In this document: positions 17,173 through 27,041 of the stretch, piece by piece
Layout: every line of letters starts with the position of its first letter
Numbering within the stretch: the first letter of the stretch is position 1
Assembly: GCA_963837465.1 (NCBI GenBank)
Contig: CAWINB010000004.1
Location: 586,853-650,852, forward strand
DNA from: Candidatus Doudnabacteria bacterium
GTDB lineage: Bacteria; Patescibacteriota; Doudnabacteria; UBA920
DNA length: 64,000 nucleotides
Reading direction: 5' to 3'
Program-made: the position numbers and the translations under genes
Notes under the pieces: model-generated
Seen by the model: only the letters and a program-made list of their open reading frames with translations
The model's database searches: none
Told to the model about the DNA's origin: nothing

Positions 17173-17193
17173 AATAGGTTCTGGACAAAACCA

Positions 17194-17484
17194 ATGCATT
17201 ACGATTTTGACGCCTTTTTAAGCGCCATAAAATACCTGGACAAGGAAGATATTCTCGTGGCTGCTTATAAAAAACATAAATCTTTGGACAAGTCTTCCAC
17301 AATGTACACAATGGAAGCGCGTTTGGATTTGCAAAACAGTGTCGGCGATCTTTTGTATTTTTTGGAAAAAAACGAACGGCCGCCAAACGTTAAAGATTAC
17401 AATTTTGAAAAATTGAAACCCATTTGTGAAAATCTGATAAAAAAAGGACAGATGGACGCCGGGGCAATAAAATTATTTCAGTAA
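17194..17484 (+). CDS. hypothetical protein (96 aa)
   Basis: ORF only. Confidence 0.45.
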   Translation: MHYDFDAFLSAIKYLDKEDILVAAYKKHKSLDKSSTMYTMEARLDLQNSVGDLLYFLEKNERPPNVKDYNFEKLKPICENLIKKGQMDAGAIKLFQ

Positions 17485-17490
17485 ACATCA

Positions 17491-17525
17491 AAAAATCCCT
17501 TGCCGGTAACCGGCAAGGGATTTTC
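17491..17525. terminator. bidirectional rho-independent terminator between convergent genes
   Basis: A5-TCCCTTGCCGG-taa-CCGGCAAGGGA-T4. Confidence 0.7.
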
Positions 17526-17541
17526 AACTTTTAACTACAAG

Positions 17542-18867
17542 TTATCTCCACGATCTGTTGCCACTTTGCGTAGAAGGCCCGCGCGATCCCCGCGCGTAGC
17601 CGCCGGGACGGCGGAATTCGCCCTGGGAATTCGCGCGGGCAAAGCGGGAGGAGCTACTGTTGCCCGAAGAAGGACGACGGCCAAAACCGCCGCGTTGCGG
17701 CGGCGGGCTGTAAGGAGCCGGAGTGTGGGCCGGAAGCGAAGCCTTGCCCAAAGGCAGGTTCATCCTGATTAGCCGTTCAATGCTTTTAACCTCAAATTTT
17801 TGGTCGGGCGTGGCAAAAGAAATGGCTTTGCCGGACATTCCGGCGCGGCCGGTGCGACCGATTCTGTGGACGTAATCTTCGGAAGTCGAGGGTAAGTCGT
17901 AGTTAACCACCAGCTGGATGCCGGTAACATCTATACCTCTGGCCGCTATGTCCGTTGCCACCAAAACTCTGTAACGGCCGATTTTAAAACCTTCCAAAGC
18001 TTCTATTCTCTGGTTTAAAGAGCGGTTGGAATGGATTTCCGAGGCGGTATGTCCGTAGTTGCGGATAGTTTGGGCGATTTTTTTTGCCGCGAATTTAGTG
18101 CGGGAAAAAACCAAAATGCTGCCGGTGTATTCACTGAGGATATTTTGTAAAAGTTTGGCCTTGTCTTCTTTGCGCACAAAAAACAGTTCCTGCTCCACCA
18201 GTTCAATGGCCGTGCCCGCGGGCGCCACTTCTATTCTCAGCGGCAGGGACATATAAGATTTGGCAATGTCCACAATTTCGTTGGGCATAGTGGCGGAAAA
18301 AAGTAAGGTCTGCCTGACTTTGGGCACCGTGGCCAGAATTTTTTTAATCTGCGGCGCGAAACCCATATCCAGCATCCTGTCGGCTTCATCCAAAACCAAA
18401 ATGCTGACAGTAGTTAAACTGATCTGGCGGCTTTCCAGATGATCAATCAGCCTGCCCGGAGTGGCAATAATAATATGCGGGTTCATTCTTAACATCTTAA
18501 TTTGTTTGCCCATGCTCTCGCCGCCAATTAGTATGGCGGTTTTAAGTCCCAGACTGCCGCCGATTTTTTTTAAAGTTTCATTAACCTGAAGCGCCAATTC
18601 TCGGGTCGGTAAAATCACCAGACCTTTTTGTTTGCCGCCAGCTTGCGCCAGCCTTTGTATCATCGGTACGCCAAAAGCCAGGGTCTTGCCCGTGCCGGTT
18701 TGCGCGATACCCATAATGTCCTTGCCTTGTATGGCAGGAGGAATAGATTGATGCTGAATAGGCGTTGGCGTAATAAACTTATGCGCCTGCAAAATTTGCA
18801 AAAGCTTGGGCGCGATGCCCAAATTCTGAAAGCCGTTTGGGATAGTTGTTGATGGTGTAGTATTCAT
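17542..18867 (-). CDS. DEAD-box ATP-dependent RNA helicase with RGG/Arg-Gly-rich C-terminal tail
   Basis: motifs AQTGTGKT, DEAD, SAT, HRIGRTGR. Confidence 0.9.
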   Translation of the reverse strand: MNTTPSTTIPNGFQNLGIAPKLLQILQAHKFITPTPIQHQSIPPAIQGKDIMGIAQTGTGKTLAFGVPMIQRLAQAGGKQKGLVILPTRELALQVNETLKKIGGSLGLKTAILIGGESMGKQIKMLRMNPHIIIATPGRLIDHLESRQISLTTVSILVLDEADRMLDMGFAPQIKKILATVPKVRQTLLFSATMPNEIVDIAKSYMSLPLRIEVAPAGTAIELVEQELFFVRKEDKAKLLQNILSEYTGSILVFSRTKFAAKKIAQTIRNYGHTASEIHSNRSLNQRIEALEGFKIGRYRVLVATDIAARGIDVTGIQLVVNYDLPSTSEDYVHRIGRTGRAGMSGKAISFATPDQKFEVKSIERLIRMNLPLGKASLPAHTPAPYSPPPQRGGFGRRPSSGNSSSSRFARANSQGEFRRPGGYARGSRGPSTQSGNRSWR

Positions 18868-18889
18868 AAGCGTCTTTTCTACTAAGAAC

Positions 18890-19126
18890 CTATCTTACCA
18901 TAAATTTTGGTTTCTGTCCAGTCTTGCCGGTAATATGTACAGACATATGGCGGTTTTCAGAAAGGTGCCCTAAATCAAGGCCATCAATAAACATCTCGCG
19001 TAACCTCAATTTTAGCGCTTTTTTCCAAATTTTGGCCGTAAAACCTTTATCGGAACTTAACCGTAGCCGTTGGCCGCGCTTTTGTTCCCCTTGAGGTTTT
19101 TCGCTCAAAATTGTGAAAAAAATCAT
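18890..19126 (-). CDS. small basic hypothetical protein (78 aa)
   Basis: ORF only; weak resemblance to RnpA N-terminus judged insufficient. Confidence 0.3.
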   Translation of the reverse strand: MIFFTILSEKPQGEQKRGQRLRLSSDKGFTAKIWKKALKLRLREMFIDGLDLGHLSENRHMSVHITGKTGQKPKFMVR

Positions 19127-19155
19127 CTAAAAGCAGGTTACGCGAGAGGCATATT

Positions 19156-19192
19156 AAAAAACCGCCCTGCTCGAGTGCGAGGGCGGATTTTT
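19156..19192. terminator. bidirectional rho-independent terminator
   Basis: A6-CCGCCCT...AGGGCGG-ATTTTT. Confidence 0.6.
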
Positions 19193-19197
19193 AGAGT

Positions 19198-19587
19198 TTA
19201 CTGCGGGGTAATGCTGTTTGAGGATGGCATCGCCGATGGGACTGACGGCGCCGTGGATGAGGCTGAGCCGCTTCTGGTTCCGCGCGTTTGGACGCGTATC
19301 ATGGGACTCCCGGGGTTATATCTCATGCGCATCCCCCCGCCGCGGCCGACAAAACCACCCGCGCCGTAAGGGTGACGCATGCTGCCCACTAAAATTCCCA
19401 GCCAAAAAACAATCAGCACGATTATAATTCCCAAAATTATCCTGAAAGCGTTATGGCCATAACCATAACCCCGCCCATGCCAGGATTTTGGCCCCTGGGA
19501 TTGGCCCGAGGGATTTTGGGAAGAGTTGTCTTGTGCTGATGGTTTGTTTACTGGATTGGTGTTTTGGATGTTTGAATTATCGTCCAT
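19198..19587 (-). CDS. small Gly-rich membrane protein
   Basis: Q/N/S-rich N-terminus, one TM helix, Gly/Arg-rich tail. Confidence 0.5.
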   Translation of the reverse strand: MDDNSNIQNTNPVNKPSAQDNSSQNPSGQSQGPKSWHGRGYGYGHNAFRIILGIIIVLIVFWLGILVGSMRHPYGAGGFVGRGGGMRMRYNPGSPMIRVQTRGTRSGSASSTAPSVPSAMPSSNSITPQ

Positions 19588-19713
19588 ATTTAATTCTAAG
19601 ATTAATTAATATTAAATTAACTCCGCCTAAATTGTACGATTTTTTTTGACATAAAGATGCAATTATAAAAGCCCTTTTATTTGGGGGATTTTTACGCGTT
19701 GACGAAGTTGGTT

Positions 19714-21342
19714 TTAGGCAAACCCCGGGAAAAAGTCGCTTTTAACATGGCTTTTTTTAATGCCCATTTGGCTTAAAACCGCCTCAAAATTATCCACCAT
19801 AGACTTGGGTCCGGAAACGTAAAATATCCTGTCCCGGTAGTCGGGGACTTTGTTTTGGATCATGGCGAGGTCAATGTACCCGATTTCCCCGGACCAGGAA
19901 TTTTGCCCGTCGTTTTTTGTCACGGTGTAAATAGTTTTAATGCCGAGTCGGTTTTCCGCTTCATCCAGAATTTCTTTATAAACCACGTCCTCGGGCGACC
20001 TGCTGGCGTAAAAAATTATGATATCGCGCTTTTCTTTGGCATCCATCAAGTATTTAAGCATGCTGCGGAAAGGCGTAATGCCGATGCCGCCGGCAATAAA
20101 GGCCAGTTTTTGGTTTTTGTTTTTGGGCAAAGTAAAATCTCCGGCTAATTGCCCGGCCATAATGGTTTGTCCCGGCAACATGGCCAGCAGGGATTTTTTA
20201 AAGCTGCTCGCCCCGTGGGAACCTGTTTTTTTTACGGGGCTCGCCCCGCGCGTTTTATTTGCCATTTCCGGCGGCCGATAAAACTTTACCCCCAAAATAA
20301 TTTCGCTTTCCGTCGGCGATGAAGCCAGGGTAAAATAGCGGCGGTTGCCCCGGTTGTCCGGGTTTTTGTGGCCCAAAGTCCATTCCAGATATTGGCCCGC
20401 GGAAAACCGGATTTTTTTATCGGCCTGAAAAATGAAATCGTAAATATCCGGGGATTTTTGGATTTTTTGTTTTAGGGTCAGCATCAGTTTTTGTTTGGGG
20501 CTGACTATGTAGGCAAAAATATTCCCAATACAGAGTGCCAGTTCAGGCGTGGAATAAATGCCGCCTATATGCAGCAGCGGAGAGAATAAAAAACCGGTCA
20601 GGACGCCGTAAGCTATTTGTAAATTGTTGGTGGGCGGGGTGGTTAGCGGCTCGGTCAGCATTATAAAACCCAAAAAAAACAGCGGCGTGTCCAGGAGCAA
20701 TTCTTTGGCAATAACCGTAACGCTGCTGCCGTTAAAAACCCCCAAAGTCAGGCAGGTTAAAGCCGCGGCCACAAAAAACCCAAACACCAAATCCCAGCGC
20801 TGGATTTTTCTTACGATTAAAAATCCGGTGATTAAGACCAGCGGCAGCATAGAGGCCGTGCCGACCCACCAACTTGCCGATTGCCCCAAAGCGAAGGAAG
20901 TAATAACTACGGCAATGGCCGCCGGGTTAAAAATATGTTTTTTCCCTATGGCTAAAACAAACTTGGACGCCATGGCCAAAATTCCGGCCGTGAGTAAAAA
21001 CAAATAGTCATTCCCGGTTTTGGCCGGGGTAATTATGAGGGCCAAAATCAGGGCGGTAATGTAAACCGATTCCAGGTTGGCGTGGGTTCTAAACACCGCG
21101 CAAAACAGCCGGTTGCCCAGCCAGCAGACAGCGGTTAAAAACAGAGCGGAAAAAATTATGGGGAAAAAACCGTAAGATAAAATGCCAAACAGGCTTAAAG
21201 TAGCCGCGCCGGCCAAAAGTACAATCAGAGAATACAGCACCAGGCGGTACATGGTAATCCTGTTTAGGAAGTTGTCTATGGGTTTTAGCATGGAGTGTTT
21301 ATGGAGGATATTAAGATATTGATAGGTATAACCGCGGAGCAA
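19714..21342 (-). CDS. polytopic membrane protein (~8 TM) fused to C-terminal FNR-like FAD/NAD(P)-binding oxidoreductase domain
   Basis: RRYFTLASSP (RxYS FAD motif) and LAFIAGGIGITPF (NAD(P) binding) in C-terminal third; true start possibly internal Met. Confidence 0.7.
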   Translation of the reverse strand: MLRGYTYQYLNILHKHSMLKPIDNFLNRITMYRLVLYSLIVLLAGAATLSLFGILSYGFFPIIFSALFLTAVCWLGNRLFCAVFRTHANLESVYITALILALIITPAKTGNDYLFLLTAGILAMASKFVLAIGKKHIFNPAAIAVVITSFALGQSASWWVGTASMLPLVLITGFLIVRKIQRWDLVFGFFVAAALTCLTLGVFNGSSVTVIAKELLLDTPLFFLGFIMLTEPLTTPPTNNLQIAYGVLTGFLFSPLLHIGGIYSTPELALCIGNIFAYIVSPKQKLMLTLKQKIQKSPDIYDFIFQADKKIRFSAGQYLEWTLGHKNPDNRGNRRYFTLASSPTESEIILGVKFYRPPEMANKTRGASPVKKTGSHGASSFKKSLLAMLPGQTIMAGQLAGDFTLPKNKNQKLAFIAGGIGITPFRSMLKYLMDAKEKRDIIIFYASRSPEDVVYKEILDEAENRLGIKTIYTVTKNDGQNSWSGEIGYIDLAMIQNKVPDYRDRIFYVSGPKSMVDNFEAVLSQMGIKKSHVKSDFFPGFA

Positions 21343-21347
21343 TATCC

Positions 21348-22094
21348 TTAATATCCTGCGGTATATTTTTCAAACCCGCTCGTCATAGTCGCGACGCCGT
21401 CTTTGTCCACGACATATCCCTCCAGTCCGTCCAGTTGCTCTATAAAAGTAATGCCGTCTTTGCCCATGGCAAAGGCGGCGGTGGCAAAGCGATCGGCTTC
21501 ATAGACATTGGGACCGAGCACGGTTATGCTGACAATCTCAATAATGAGGGAGTCGCTGAAAGGATTGTAGATATGCTGGTCGCGCTCGTAGGTTCCGGAG
21601 GTGGCAAGCCCGGCATTGTTCAGCTCCACTACTTTTATTATTTCTTTGGGCTTAAAAGGATTGCGAATGCCCGCGCGCCAGGATTGGCCGTCTTTATTTT
21701 GGCCGTAAGCCTGGATATCGCCGCCGGCCTCGACGTAAAAATTTTTAAAACCGGTTTGCTTAAGCAAACCGGAAGCCTGATAAACCGCCCAACCTTTAAC
21801 CAGGCCCGACGGGTCAATTTTTCCTTTATGGGAAATATCAAAATAACCCCGGCTCTGGTTTTTTGTCTGTTCAGCCAGGCTGAAAATTTCTTTCATCCCG
21901 GGGCTGTAGTCGGTGGGGTTTATTTCCCGGCGGTTGATTTTTGAAATTTCGCTTTGGGGCTTAAAAGGGCTGAATTTCCCGTCAACCCTTATAAAGTAAT
22001 CAAAAATTTTTTCTATATCAGTTTCACGAACATTACCGTCCATAACTTCAATGGTAATAGGCATGCCCATAATATCTGTTCTGGTCTTTTTCAT
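21348..22094 (-). CDS. apbE: FAD:protein FMN transferase (ApbE family)
   Basis: ApbE-family conserved blocks (AGGDIQAYG, ATSGTYER). Confidence 0.85.
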   Translation of the reverse strand: MKKTRTDIMGMPITIEVMDGNVRETDIEKIFDYFIRVDGKFSPFKPQSEISKINRREINPTDYSPGMKEIFSLAEQTKNQSRGYFDISHKGKIDPSGLVKGWAVYQASGLLKQTGFKNFYVEAGGDIQAYGQNKDGQSWRAGIRNPFKPKEIIKVVELNNAGLATSGTYERDQHIYNPFSDSLIIEIVSITVLGPNVYEADRFATAAFAMGKDGITFIEQLDGLEGYVVDKDGVATMTSGFEKYTAGY

Positions 22095-22166
22095 ATAGTT
22101 AAGATATTCGGGGCAAGACGCCGAAATTCTGAAATCGCGGCAGAAATGGATCTCTTCAGGCAGCCT

Positions 22167-22670
22167 CTAAGACGCCGCCTGGTTCAATGCCGACTGCAAA
22201 GATTGCGTAAATGCCTGGCTGTCCTGGGTAGCTCCGGAGACAACATCCACTTGAGCGCTTTGGGCGGCTATGGCCTCGCTTTTAAGCTGGGGCAGCGCCG
22301 TGCTGCTGACTTGGACGGAGTGCTGCGGAGCGTTGGGATACTGTAAAAACTGGATGTCCGTAAGTTTACCGCCGGAAATAACCGCCTCAACCTGGATGTT
22401 GCCGTAAACAGCATCGGCCACCGCGCCTGTGTAGCTGCCGTCTTTAAATTTTCCGGATGCTGTGGCGGGAGCGGACGGAGTTGGGGAAGTTATGGTCGTT
22501 GTGGCTGTACCGGGAGTTGAAGTTAATGGCGGGGTTGAGTTTGGAGTTTGGGTGGACGCGGTTTGCGTAGTCGTGGACAAGCTTGGAGCTTTTTGGCTTT
22601 CAGCGTGCTGGTAAAAAACATAAGCGGCAAAAATGACAACTACACCTACGGATAACAGAATTTTTTTCAT
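22167..22670 (-). CDS. secreted FMN-binding domain protein with SGAT flavinylation motif
   Basis: signal peptide, Thr/Ser/Pro-rich linker, FMN_bind domain with DVVSGATQDS (ApbE target Thr). Confidence 0.75.
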   Translation of the reverse strand: MKKILLSVGVVVIFAAYVFYQHAESQKAPSLSTTTQTASTQTPNSTPPLTSTPGTATTTITSPTPSAPATASGKFKDGSYTGAVADAVYGNIQVEAVISGGKLTDIQFLQYPNAPQHSVQVSSTALPQLKSEAIAAQSAQVDVVSGATQDSQAFTQSLQSALNQAAS

Positions 22671-22836
22671 TAGGATTAAATTTGATTAATAATTTTTTTA
22701 GTCTTTTTATTATACTATAGTACGTTATTTTTTAAAAGTCAGGCTCAAAGCCCATAAAACGAGGATTACCCTCGCTTTATATAAAAAAGTGTTATAATAA
22801 ACAAAAGGTTAAATCGGACTTAATAATATAAAATAA

Positions 22837-23874
22837 GTGGAAAATCAAAATTTTAAACCTGATGGAGCGGGAAAAAAAAGTAAAATTTTACTTTTTGCGC
22901 TCTTGGCTTTTGATATTCTGCTTTTGGTAACCTGTATTTTGCAAATAGTCTGGCCGCGCGTCAGTTTTAATAACAGCAGTTTTTTAAATCCTAAGGGTTT
23001 AATAGCTCAGCAGGAACGCGCGCTCATAGTAAAGGCCGTTTTAATAATGCTCATTGGCACAATTCCGGTTTACATTCTGATTTTTTTCTTTGCCTGGAAA
23101 TACAGGGCCGACAGGACGGAAACAAAATATTCTCCGGATTTGGAGGGTAAGGCATTGGGCGGAATCGCGCTTTGGGCGCTTCCCGCTTTAATTATTTTAG
23201 CGCTCTCGGTCATAAACTGGAAAAGCACCCACTTGCTGGATCCCTCTAACACAATCGCTTCCGGCGTGCCGCCCATAACCATAGAGGTTGTCGCTTTGCA
23301 ATGGAAATTTTTATTTATTTATCCGAAACAAAATATCGCTACCGTAAATTTTATTGAATTCCCTCAGGGTACGCCCCTGAATTTTGAGCTAACCGCGGAC
23401 GCGCCGATGAGCTCATTTTGGATTCCGCAGCTCGGCAGCCAAATTTACGCCATGGCCGGAATGCAAACACATCTAAACCTTATTGCCGACCAGCCGGGAG
23501 ATTTTAAAGGTATGGATACGGAAATAAACGGGACGGGCTTTTCGGGCATGAAATTTATTGCCAGGTCAACTTCGCGGGCGGACTTTGACCAATGGGTGGC
23601 ATCGGTAAAACAATCCGGCGCCAAGCTTAATCTGGATGATTACAATCAACTGGCCGAACCCAGCCAGAACAACCCCCAGGCTTACTATTCGTCCGTCGAT
23701 CCCGGTCTGTATGATACAATTATGATGAAAAATATGATGCCCATGACCCAGGCGCGAATGGAGCAGATGAGCAGTTTGGGATTGGGTGCCGCGAATTCTT
23801 CCGCAACGACTATGCCGGGAATGAATATGGGCAGTTCGTCGCCAATGAACATGCAGGGGATGGACATGAAGTAG
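22837..23874 (+). CDS. cyoA: cytochrome bo3-type quinol oxidase subunit II (no CuA ligands) with Met-rich C-terminal tail
   Basis: COX2 fold blocks WKFLFIYP, FWIPQLG; CuA Cys/His replaced (FSGMKF); tail with multiple MxM/MxxM. Confidence 0.8.
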   Translation: MENQNFKPDGAGKKSKILLFALLAFDILLLVTCILQIVWPRVSFNNSSFLNPKGLIAQQERALIVKAVLIMLIGTIPVYILIFFFAWKYRADRTETKYSPDLEGKALGGIALWALPALIILALSVINWKSTHLLDPSNTIASGVPPITIEVVALQWKFLFIYPKQNIATVNFIEFPQGTPLNFELTADAPMSSFWIPQLGSQIYAMAGMQTHLNLIADQPGDFKGMDTEINGTGFSGMKFIARSTSRADFDQWVASVKQSGAKLNLDDYNQLAEPSQNNPQAYYSSVDPGLYDTIMMKNMMPMTQARMEQMSSLGLGAANSSATTMPGMNMGSSSPMNMQGMDMK

Positions 23875-23912
23875 AACCTATTTTTCAAATAGGTTCTAAG
23901 TAGTCCATCTTA

Positions 23913-25979
23913 TTGGCTGGAAAAACTATGGAACATTTTCTTTTAGGAAAACTTACCTGGGACGCGCTGCCGCACGAGTGGTTTACCATTGGCGGGACGG
24001 TTGCCATTGGCATTGGCGGCTTGTTTGTCGCGATTCTGTTAACCTGTCTTAAACGCTGGAAATGGCTATGGAAGGAATGGCTTACGTCCACCGATCCCAA
24101 AAAAATCGGGGTCATGTACATTGTTGTGGCCTCGCTGATGCTGTTTCGCGGCGCGGTTGACGCGGGAATGATATGGCTGCAACAGTCGCTTTCCGTTGGA
24201 ACATCGCAAGGATATTTAAACGCCGACCACTTCCAGCAAATTTTTACCGCGCACGGCTCCATTATGATTCTTTTTGTGACCATGGGTTTTTTGTTCGGCC
24301 TGATGAACTATATTATCCCCCTGCAAATTGGCGCGCGCGATGTTGCCTTTCCGCTTCTAAATACTTTGAGTTTCTGGCTGTATGTCGCCGGGGCCGTGCT
24401 GATTAACCTGTTTTTTGTGGTTGGCGGACAATTCGCCGCCGCCGGCTGGCTGTCCATGCCGCCGCTGTCGGAACTGGCCTACAGCCCGGGCGTGGGCGTG
24501 GATTATTGGATATGGAGTTTGCAAATCTCCGGCCTGGGCAGTTTGCTGTCCGGAATTAATTTTCTTGTAACCATCGTAAAAATGCGCGCTCCCGGAATGA
24601 CGCTGATGAAAATGCCCATGTTCGCCTGGACTACTCTTTGCAGCATGATTCTGGTTATTTCCGCTTTCCCTATTCTTACCATGACCCTTATCCTGCTTTC
24701 CCTGGACCGGACTTTGGGCATGCATTTTTTTACTTCCAGTTTTGGCGGCAATCCCATGATGTACGTCAATTTAATTTGGTCGTGGGGACATCCGGAAGTT
24801 TATATACTCATGATTCCGGCCTTTGGTATTTATTCGGAGGTCGTAACTACCTTCAGCAGGAAAAAATTGTTCGGCCACACCGCGGCTGTGGCAGCGACTA
24901 TTGGCATTACGCTTATGTCTATGCTGGTCTGGCTGCACCATTTTTTTACCATGGGCGCGGGAGCCGATGTAAACGCTTTCTTCGGCATCATGACCATGAT
25001 TATCGCCATTCCCACGGGCGTGCTGGTCTACAATTGGCTGGCGACTATGTTTAGGGGACGGATTACTTTTGCCACACCTATGTACTGGTTTATGGGTTTT
25101 GTCTGTACTTTTACCATGGGCGGCATGGCCGGCGTGCTGATGGGTATACCCGGGGCGGATTACCTGCTGCACAATACTTTATTTTTAGTGGCGCATTTTC
25201 ATACCATGGTCATCGGGGGCGCCCTGTTCGGGATTTTTGCCGGCATTACCTACTGGTGGCCCAAGGTCACGGGGTTTCGGCTGAACGAACGGATTGGCAA
25301 ATATGCTTTTTGGCTTTGGATAGTCGGATTTTTTACCTCGTTTTTACCGCTCTATATTCTGGGTTTTATGGGAGCTACCAGGCGCATGGACCATTACGAC
25401 CCTTCCACCGGCTTTCAACCTCTGTTTATAATCGCGGGATGCGGTTTTGTAATTATTTGCTGCGCCGCCGCCGCGCAAATCTGGCAGATTATAGTTAGCG
25501 TTATGGAACGCAAAGCAACCGTTGATACTACCGGCGACCCGTGGGATGGACGCACGCTTGAGTGGGCAACGTCATCCCCGCCGCCGATTTACAATTTCGC
25601 CATTATACCTACAGTAACTACGCGGGATGCTTTTTGGGAAGCCAAACAATCAAGTGTCATTGCGAGCGCGGCCGAAGCAATCTTTCCATCGACGGGAAAG
25701 ATTGCTTCGTCGCCAGGTAAAGCCCTGGCTCCTCGCAATGACACTCGGCTGGTCTATGAAGACATCATGATGCCAAAAAATACGGCCATGGGGATATACA
25801 TATCCGGTTTCGTTTTCCTGATGGGTTTCGCCCTGGTCTGGCATATTTGGTGGCTGTTGGTTGTGGGATTAATCGGCGCGGTTGTTTGCGTTATAGTTCG
25901 CGCGTTTGAGGAAGAAACGGAATACGTAATCCCGGCGGCGGAAGTGGAGAGGATGGAAAAAGATAGTAAAAGAAAATAG
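23913..25979 (+). CDS. cyoB: heme-copper quinol oxidase subunit I
   Basis: 12+ TM helices, WGHPEVYILMIPAFG and WAHHMF-type (HHFFTMG) signatures. Confidence 0.9.
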   Translation: MAGKTMEHFLLGKLTWDALPHEWFTIGGTVAIGIGGLFVAILLTCLKRWKWLWKEWLTSTDPKKIGVMYIVVASLMLFRGAVDAGMIWLQQSLSVGTSQGYLNADHFQQIFTAHGSIMILFVTMGFLFGLMNYIIPLQIGARDVAFPLLNTLSFWLYVAGAVLINLFFVVGGQFAAAGWLSMPPLSELAYSPGVGVDYWIWSLQISGLGSLLSGINFLVTIVKMRAPGMTLMKMPMFAWTTLCSMILVISAFPILTMTLILLSLDRTLGMHFFTSSFGGNPMMYVNLIWSWGHPEVYILMIPAFGIYSEVVTTFSRKKLFGHTAAVAATIGITLMSMLVWLHHFFTMGAGADVNAFFGIMTMIIAIPTGVLVYNWLATMFRGRITFATPMYWFMGFVCTFTMGGMAGVLMGIPGADYLLHNTLFLVAHFHTMVIGGALFGIFAGITYWWPKVTGFRLNERIGKYAFWLWIVGFFTSFLPLYILGFMGATRRMDHYDPSTGFQPLFIIAGCGFVIICCAAAAQIWQIIVSVMERKATVDTTGDPWDGRTLEWATSSPPPIYNFAIIPTVTTRDAFWEAKQSSVIASAAEAIFPSTGKIASSPGKALAPRNDTRLVYEDIMMPKNTAMGIYISGFVFLMGFALVWHIWWLLVVGLIGAVVCVIVRAFEEETEYVIPAAEVERMEKDSKRK

Positions 25980-26035
25980 GTTCTAATAGGATCGGCGCTC
26001 ATAGGAATATCCTAATATCCAATATTATAAACCAA

Positions 26036-26635
26036 ATGGCAATTGATACAAATCAACAAACGATAAATAATTCTGCGCATCATGTCGACAAAACCATCTT
26101 CGGGTTTTGGGTCTACTTGATGACGGATTTGATAATGTTCGCCGCGTTGTTTGCCTGCTACGCGGTGCTGCGGACAAATACCTTTGGCGGTCCGGGTGCC
26201 GGACAACTTTTAAGTTTAGACGGCGCGCTGGCGGAAACTTTGATATTGCTCGCCAGCAGTTTTACCTGTGGCTTGGCAATGCTGGCGGTTCATAAAGGCG
26301 ACAAAAAACAGGCGCTGGTTTGGTTTGGGGTAACAGTGCTTTTGGGGCTTTTGTTTTTGACCCTGGAATTGCGCGAATTTTCCGGACTTATAGCCGGCGG
26401 CAACAGCTTTACCAGCAATGCCTTCCTGTCATCCTTTTTCGCGCTTGTGGGCACGCACGGGCTGCACATATCCATTGGCTTATTATGGATGCTGGTTTCC
26501 ATGGTTATGGTTTGGCGCCGCGGCCTTACGCCGGCCATTATAAGCAAGCTTACGCGCTTAAGTTTATTCTGGCATTTTTTGGATATTGTCTGGATTTTTA
26601 TTTTTACCATTGTATATTTATATGGGCACATTTAA
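26036..26635 (+). CDS. cyoC: quinol oxidase subunit III
   Basis: 5-TM subunit III pattern, C-terminal HFLDIVWIFIFT. Confidence 0.8.
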   Translation: MAIDTNQQTINNSAHHVDKTIFGFWVYLMTDLIMFAALFACYAVLRTNTFGGPGAGQLLSLDGALAETLILLASSFTCGLAMLAVHKGDKKQALVWFGVTVLLGLLFLTLELREFSGLIAGGNSFTSNAFLSSFFALVGTHGLHISIGLLWMLVSMVMVWRRGLTPAIISKLTRLSLFWHFLDIVWIFIFTIVYLYGHI

Positions 26636-26954
26636 ATTATATTTAACAGGATTTGCGGCATCCATCATACTCACTCTGGCGGCATATTTCGCCGTGGCCG
26701 CGCATATTTTAAGCGGTTCGATGCTGATTGCCGCTATTATGGCGCTTGCGATTATTCAGCTCATCGTCCAGTTGATATTTTTCCTGCATTTGGGCAAAGG
26801 ACAGGATTCAACCTGGAATTTGGTGGTGTTTTTTTCCACAGTCACGCTTGTGTTAATAATTGTCGTAGGCTCCCTCTGGATTATGAACCACTTAAACTAC
26901 AATATGACCCCCCAGGACATCAATAATTATATGAGCAGCCAGGACGGGATATAA
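26622..26954 (+). CDS. cyoD: quinol oxidase subunit IV
   Basis: 3-TM small subunit immediately after cyoC; ATG at 26622. Confidence 0.6.
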   Translation: MGTFKLYLTGFAASIILTLAAYFAVAAHILSGSMLIAAIMALAIIQLIVQLIFFLHLGKGQDSTWNLVVFFSTVTLVLIIVVGSLWIMNHLNYNMTPQDINNYMSSQDGI

Positions 26955-27041
26955 AAGAATTGCGGGATATTCAGATATTGCGGATATTGCCGACAGCATA
27001 ATATCCTAATATCTAAAGTATTTATTAATGTCTGGTAACGT

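Noticed and set aside
18890-19126. RNase P protein (RnpA) assignment for the 78-aa basic ORF
   Set aside because: - Only vague RLRL...F resemblance.
- Lacks the conserved RNR motif.
- Too short.
- Left as hypothetical.
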